NCBI RefSeq assembly: GCF_006345805.1
Contig: NW_021829005.1
Span: forward strand, 1-6,983
Direction: 5' to 3'
Origin: Octopus sinensis
Taxonomy: Eukaryota
Length of the DNA stretch: 6,983 nucleotides
Shown: in pieces, positions 6,901-6,983 of the stretch
Layout: each line of letters starts with the position of its first letter
How positions within the stretch are numbered: the first letter of the stretch is position 1
The notes under the pieces: generated by a model
Told to the model about the DNA's origin: nothing
Seen by the model: the letters and a program-made list of their open reading frames with translations, nothing else
Databases searched by the model: none
Translations under genes and position numbers: made by a program

Positions 6901-6983
6901 TTTTTTTTTTCTTCTTTCAAATTTTCTTCCTTCTTTCTGCCGAGTGTCTTCCCGACTCCTAGGGCAAAGAAACTCATAGTATA
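6901..6983 (-). other. Possible A-tailed 3' end of another retroelement, cut by the window edge
   Basis: T10 run at 6901-6910 next to a pyrimidine-rich stretch and an interrupted hairpin at 6931-6971. No diagnostic motif is visible. Confidence 0.2.

Overview
Non-coding, AT-rich, repeat-dense animal DNA. The SINE types and microsatellite density suggest an octopus or other cephalopod intron or intergenic region; this is recognition from memory, not a database hit. No protein-coding gene is supported: most ORFs in the track are read-throughs of microsatellites or SINEs, and the rest give no recognisable product. The window holds several tRNA-derived SINEs: a CORE-type copy at 465-852, an inverted truncated copy at 1200-1493, a head+2-body copy at 1882-2290 nested in an older relative with a 14-bp TSD, and a decayed copy at about 6660-6899. 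There is also a minisatellite built from CA/CT microsatellites at 2887-3437. The main find is at 4979-5905, a cluster of small non-coding modules in or beside (TA)n tracts, each with a hammerhead-ribozyme-like motif. The first is a 550-bp unit bounded by an exact 23-bp direct repeat, carrying a minus-strand type I hammerhead with an intact CUGAUGA/GAAA core and palindromic stem III. The second is a ~170-bp module with a decayed minimal hammerhead ending GAAACCGGUC. The third is a weaker plus-strand candidate. This architecture fits non-autonomous Penelope-like LTR or retrozyme elements.
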